Shown one piece after another: positions 26,480-64,000 of a DNA stretch of 64,000 nt. The notes under the pieces are model-generated. The model saw only the letters and a program-made list of their open reading frames with translations. It did not search any database and was not told the DNA's origin. Source of the stretch: Octopus sinensis (taxonomy: Eukaryota); the NCBI RefSeq assembly GCF_006345805.1, contig NC_042998.1, positions 194,804,001 to 194,868,000 of the forward strand. Reading direction: 5' to 3'. The translations under genes were made by a program, and so were the position numbers. Numbering within the stretch: position 1 is the first letter of the stretch; each line of letters begins with the position of its first letter.

Positions 26480-27357
26480 TAGGGAGTACCTGAAGGAAAT
26501 TGGAATTTTACAGTATTGTTTTATTCACTTAGTTTTACATGTTTACATTTTTATTGCCTTCAAAGCATTTTCCATTTGAAGGAATGCATCAGTCCAGGCA
26601 CATTTTCCACTATTCAAAGCAGTGCTGGAACTCTTGCAAACTGATGACTTTTAATACCTCTGTTGTTTTTTTTTTTGTTCACCTCTTCCACATCTGCAAA
26701 TTCCATAGCACTATCTTTCATCACCATTGATGACCTTTGGAAAAGATCCGGATCAACTTCCAACTGTTCTTTCAGTTCATGACATGCATTCAGCCATGAC
26801 TGCTTTTGATCTACTGTGAGCAAGTGAAGCACAAATTTCACTGCAATTCTTCATTTGCAATTCTTTACTCAGAATTTATTGGTAGGAGCTCCAGGACACA
26901 TCAGTCATATCAAGTTTGTCAATTGTTTGGTGATGGTCCTCCAAGATCAGTTCATGAATTTTCATGATGTTTACATTCATTCAGGAGGTTGACATTGGTC
27001 TTCAAACAACAAGTGACCATTCTTAAGGCATGGGAACCACTTGTAAACTTGTGTGTTTGCTGGTGACAGCATCCTTGTAAGCTGTTTGAAGCATGGCAAC
27101 TGTTTCAGCCACCATTTTCTACTGCGGAAAACAGAACTTCATTTGTTCCTTCATTTCAGCCATCACAAAAATTGACAAATAGGGGAGAAGCACTGCAAAA
27201 CAAAGATGCACCATGTGGTAGTGTGACATTAGTTGATGCTGCTGGTTGGCAGACTGATGCCTGAGTCACATCAAGTGGCTTCTAGTGGTGGAAACCTGAA
27301 CTACAACAGGCTTGTCTCTCGGAGAATGTTTCCAGTTATTTTTGGATACCCTCTCAT
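26480..27357 (-). mobile_element. Decayed mariner transposon
   Basis: Minus-strand KFVLHLLTVDQKQSWLNACHELKEQLEVDPDLF resembles the mariner WVPHEL/KFVPRLLT region; degenerate TIR-like ends. Confidence 0.7.
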
Positions 27358-29189
27358 ATGTTTCAGAAAGAAGCTTGGAGAATTAAGTACTATTTATTAT
27401 GTGACTGAGTTCTGTTTTAACTTGTAGAAATCATTATGTTGATGTACATGTCAGTGAACTGAATGAGTATCACTCTGAGCCCAAACTTTTTTCCCAACTT
27501 AACTGTTATTAATCCTCTGACTGGAGGAATTGCTGAGTTGACTTCAGAGTGATTTGAATATCAGAACATAAAGAAAAGAGTACTTTGCAAATTTAGTGTT
27601 ATTTAGTTCATGAGTTTAGTTTACTTGATTTAATACATTTGAAACATGGTTTACTTGAATTCCTTTATTTCCACATGCTCGACCTTCTTCATTTGTTGGA
27701 AATCTTAGCTAGAGTTATTATAGAATAAAGCTTAGTAAAGGAATGTATGAATTGGAAGGTGTTACTGCTGCCATCCAGTGTAGTTTGGTAAAACAGTTTT
27801 ATGAGAACTTTATGTTGATTACTTAAAGCAATTAAAATAATCCAAATTATAATTCAAATTAGCTACTTCTAACTAGAAAAGGTTTTGTAGAGATATTTGA
27901 TATATCAAACAGAGATAATTTATTGAGAGGGGAAGGAAGTTTTTTAATCATTTTTGAAAGTTATCTTTGTAGTCATTATTTCAGTCCTGATCTGATAAAC
28001 TTATAATATCAAAGGCATCCCACTAAGGGATAATATCTATCCAATATACTGTTGGGAGAATACCCAATTATTAATACACAAGTGTTTCTTTTTATTGCAT
28101 TGCAATTACATTACCTAGTGTATTAAATGGGTGAAGGTAAAGAGATATTTTACCATTAATTTATATTGCAAATAAGAAAATGGAGGAGAACAATAGGTGG
28201 TTCATCAACTTTTGGACATTAAAAATGTTAACTTATTTATTTATTAAACTGATAATTATAATAACATACATACATGTAGCATATTATTCTTTGCATATAA
28301 GATAAGGATACCAGTAATTATTAAAAAAAAAACATGAATATAAATTGGTAAAATAACTTACAGCTGTTTCAGCCAATAGATAAAAGTACCTCATTCTGCC
28401 TATATTACTCAAGTGGATTGAGGTAATAGGCAGATGAATATGAGGTACTTGTATATAGGCTTCGTCGATTATAAAGTACAAAAGCTAAGTTATAATAATA
28501 AATATAAAATAAACAAAATACACACACATTTGAATATATATATATATATATATATATATTATTTTATATTTATTATTATAAAGCTATTTCTTGCTCACTG
28601 ACTCATATGTTAACTAAAGTCATTGATTTACAACTCGGTTCAGTTGTCACAGCACTTAGCAACAAGCCTTTGCAGTTGTCTATTTTTTCTTTTTGTTACA
28701 ATAGTTTTTATCTCTATTTTGTTGTCTTAAATGAGATTTAAATGGTTATTGGCACATCTTTGTCCTTTTAAGTAAATAAGCAAAAGAATATATTCTATAC
28801 TATTTTCAGCTGTATGCCTATCTTCACTTTTTTTTCTAGTTCTGCCTAATGATCTCAACAGCCTTTTATATCTGCATTTAACTGTTTCATATTAACTACG
28901 CAGATATTATTATATTTTACAACTGTCATTGTTGCATTCAAGGGAAGAGAAAGTTCTAGAAGAAGAATAGTATTTATTGTTACCGTAAATGAAGTGTCAA
29001 AAAAAAGAAATATAAACAAAGAAACAACAACTTAGTGTTAAATTTCCAGTAAATAGTCATACAGGAACCCTCAATGATTATGTCTCTGAAATTATGAATT
29101 TTTGTTATGGAGGGAAAAAAATACTGAACAATTTCAAAATTTCATCTTCTCTCTCTCTTTCGAAGAGGCACTGAGCAGCTATACGCACA

Positions 29190-29357
29190 CATACACACAC
29201 GGCAGTAACTCCCGCCTACCGAATTCAATCACAAAGCTCCGGTCGGCTCGGGGCTATAGCAGAAGACACCTACCCAAAGTGCCACGCAGTGGGACTGAAC
29301 CCGAAACCATGTAGTTAGGAAGCAAGCTCCCTAACCACACAGCCATGCCCGTGCCTA
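29190..29357 (-). mobile_element. tRNA-derived CORE-like SINE (head region)
   Basis: Reverse complement of the 12567 family head. Confidence 0.8.
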
Positions 29358-29541
29358 CTTAAATAATGTAAATGTCTTTGTTATTTAAATCCAACAATTC
29401 CAGTAGATGGACAATTGTGTAAACTGTGCTAGCATGAGAGACTTCTCAGTAATGCTGGAATTGATAAAACTGATGAAATAATTCTTGTTCTTGGTATATA
29501 ATCTAGTGACCTACATTTATTTACTGTTACAGTGAATCAAA

Positions 29542-63686
<34,145 letters not shown>

Positions 63687-64000
63687 GTAAGTGGAATTTG
63701 TCTTCCATAAAAATTTGATTTTAAGATTTCATCTGTTTTTCCTAATCATGAATTGGGAAGTTCTTATATTGTATTATTATATTAAGATGCAGTTCTTAAT
63801 GTTTGTCCCTTAACTGTTGGAAGAGTTAGTATCTCTTTATATGGTTGACTGGGATAGCAATGTGCCTTACTTACACTTATTGGCTATAGAAATCAAAATA
63901 TTGCCCTATTGAAATTAACACTATATAGCACCATGTGACCTCAAAGTAGGTGGTTTTAATCACTTGGGAATTGCCCAAATTCAGTATCTATATCAGTATA

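Overview
AT-rich animal genomic DNA whose repeat families look like octopus/coleoid cephalopod (inferred, not searched). The main feature is the 5' part of an alpha-spectrin gene (SPTAN1/alpha-Spec ortholog) on the + strand: 33 coding exons from ATG 29542 to 63686, all GT-AG, joining in one open frame (4136 nt, about 1378 codons), including the SH3 domain, and continuing beyond the window. The first coding exon has a splice acceptor, so much of 1-29.5 kb is probably a large 5'UTR intron. The window also holds decayed RTE-type LINEs and their 3' tails, tRNA-derived SINEs, mariner, piggyBac, hAT, Helitron-like and Crypton-like elements, and microsatellites. Best leads: (1) frame-preserving micro/cassette exons outside the constitutive frame (33206-33223, 59330-59395, possibly 54231-54248 and 62131-62193); (2) a Crypton-like element whose flanking 9-bp direct repeat recurs at the tip of its long hairpin; (3) a U3-A8 variant hammerhead-like motif inside a 105-bp inverted repeat; (4) a 95-bp target-site duplication. 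Most ORFs in the supplied track are spurious.
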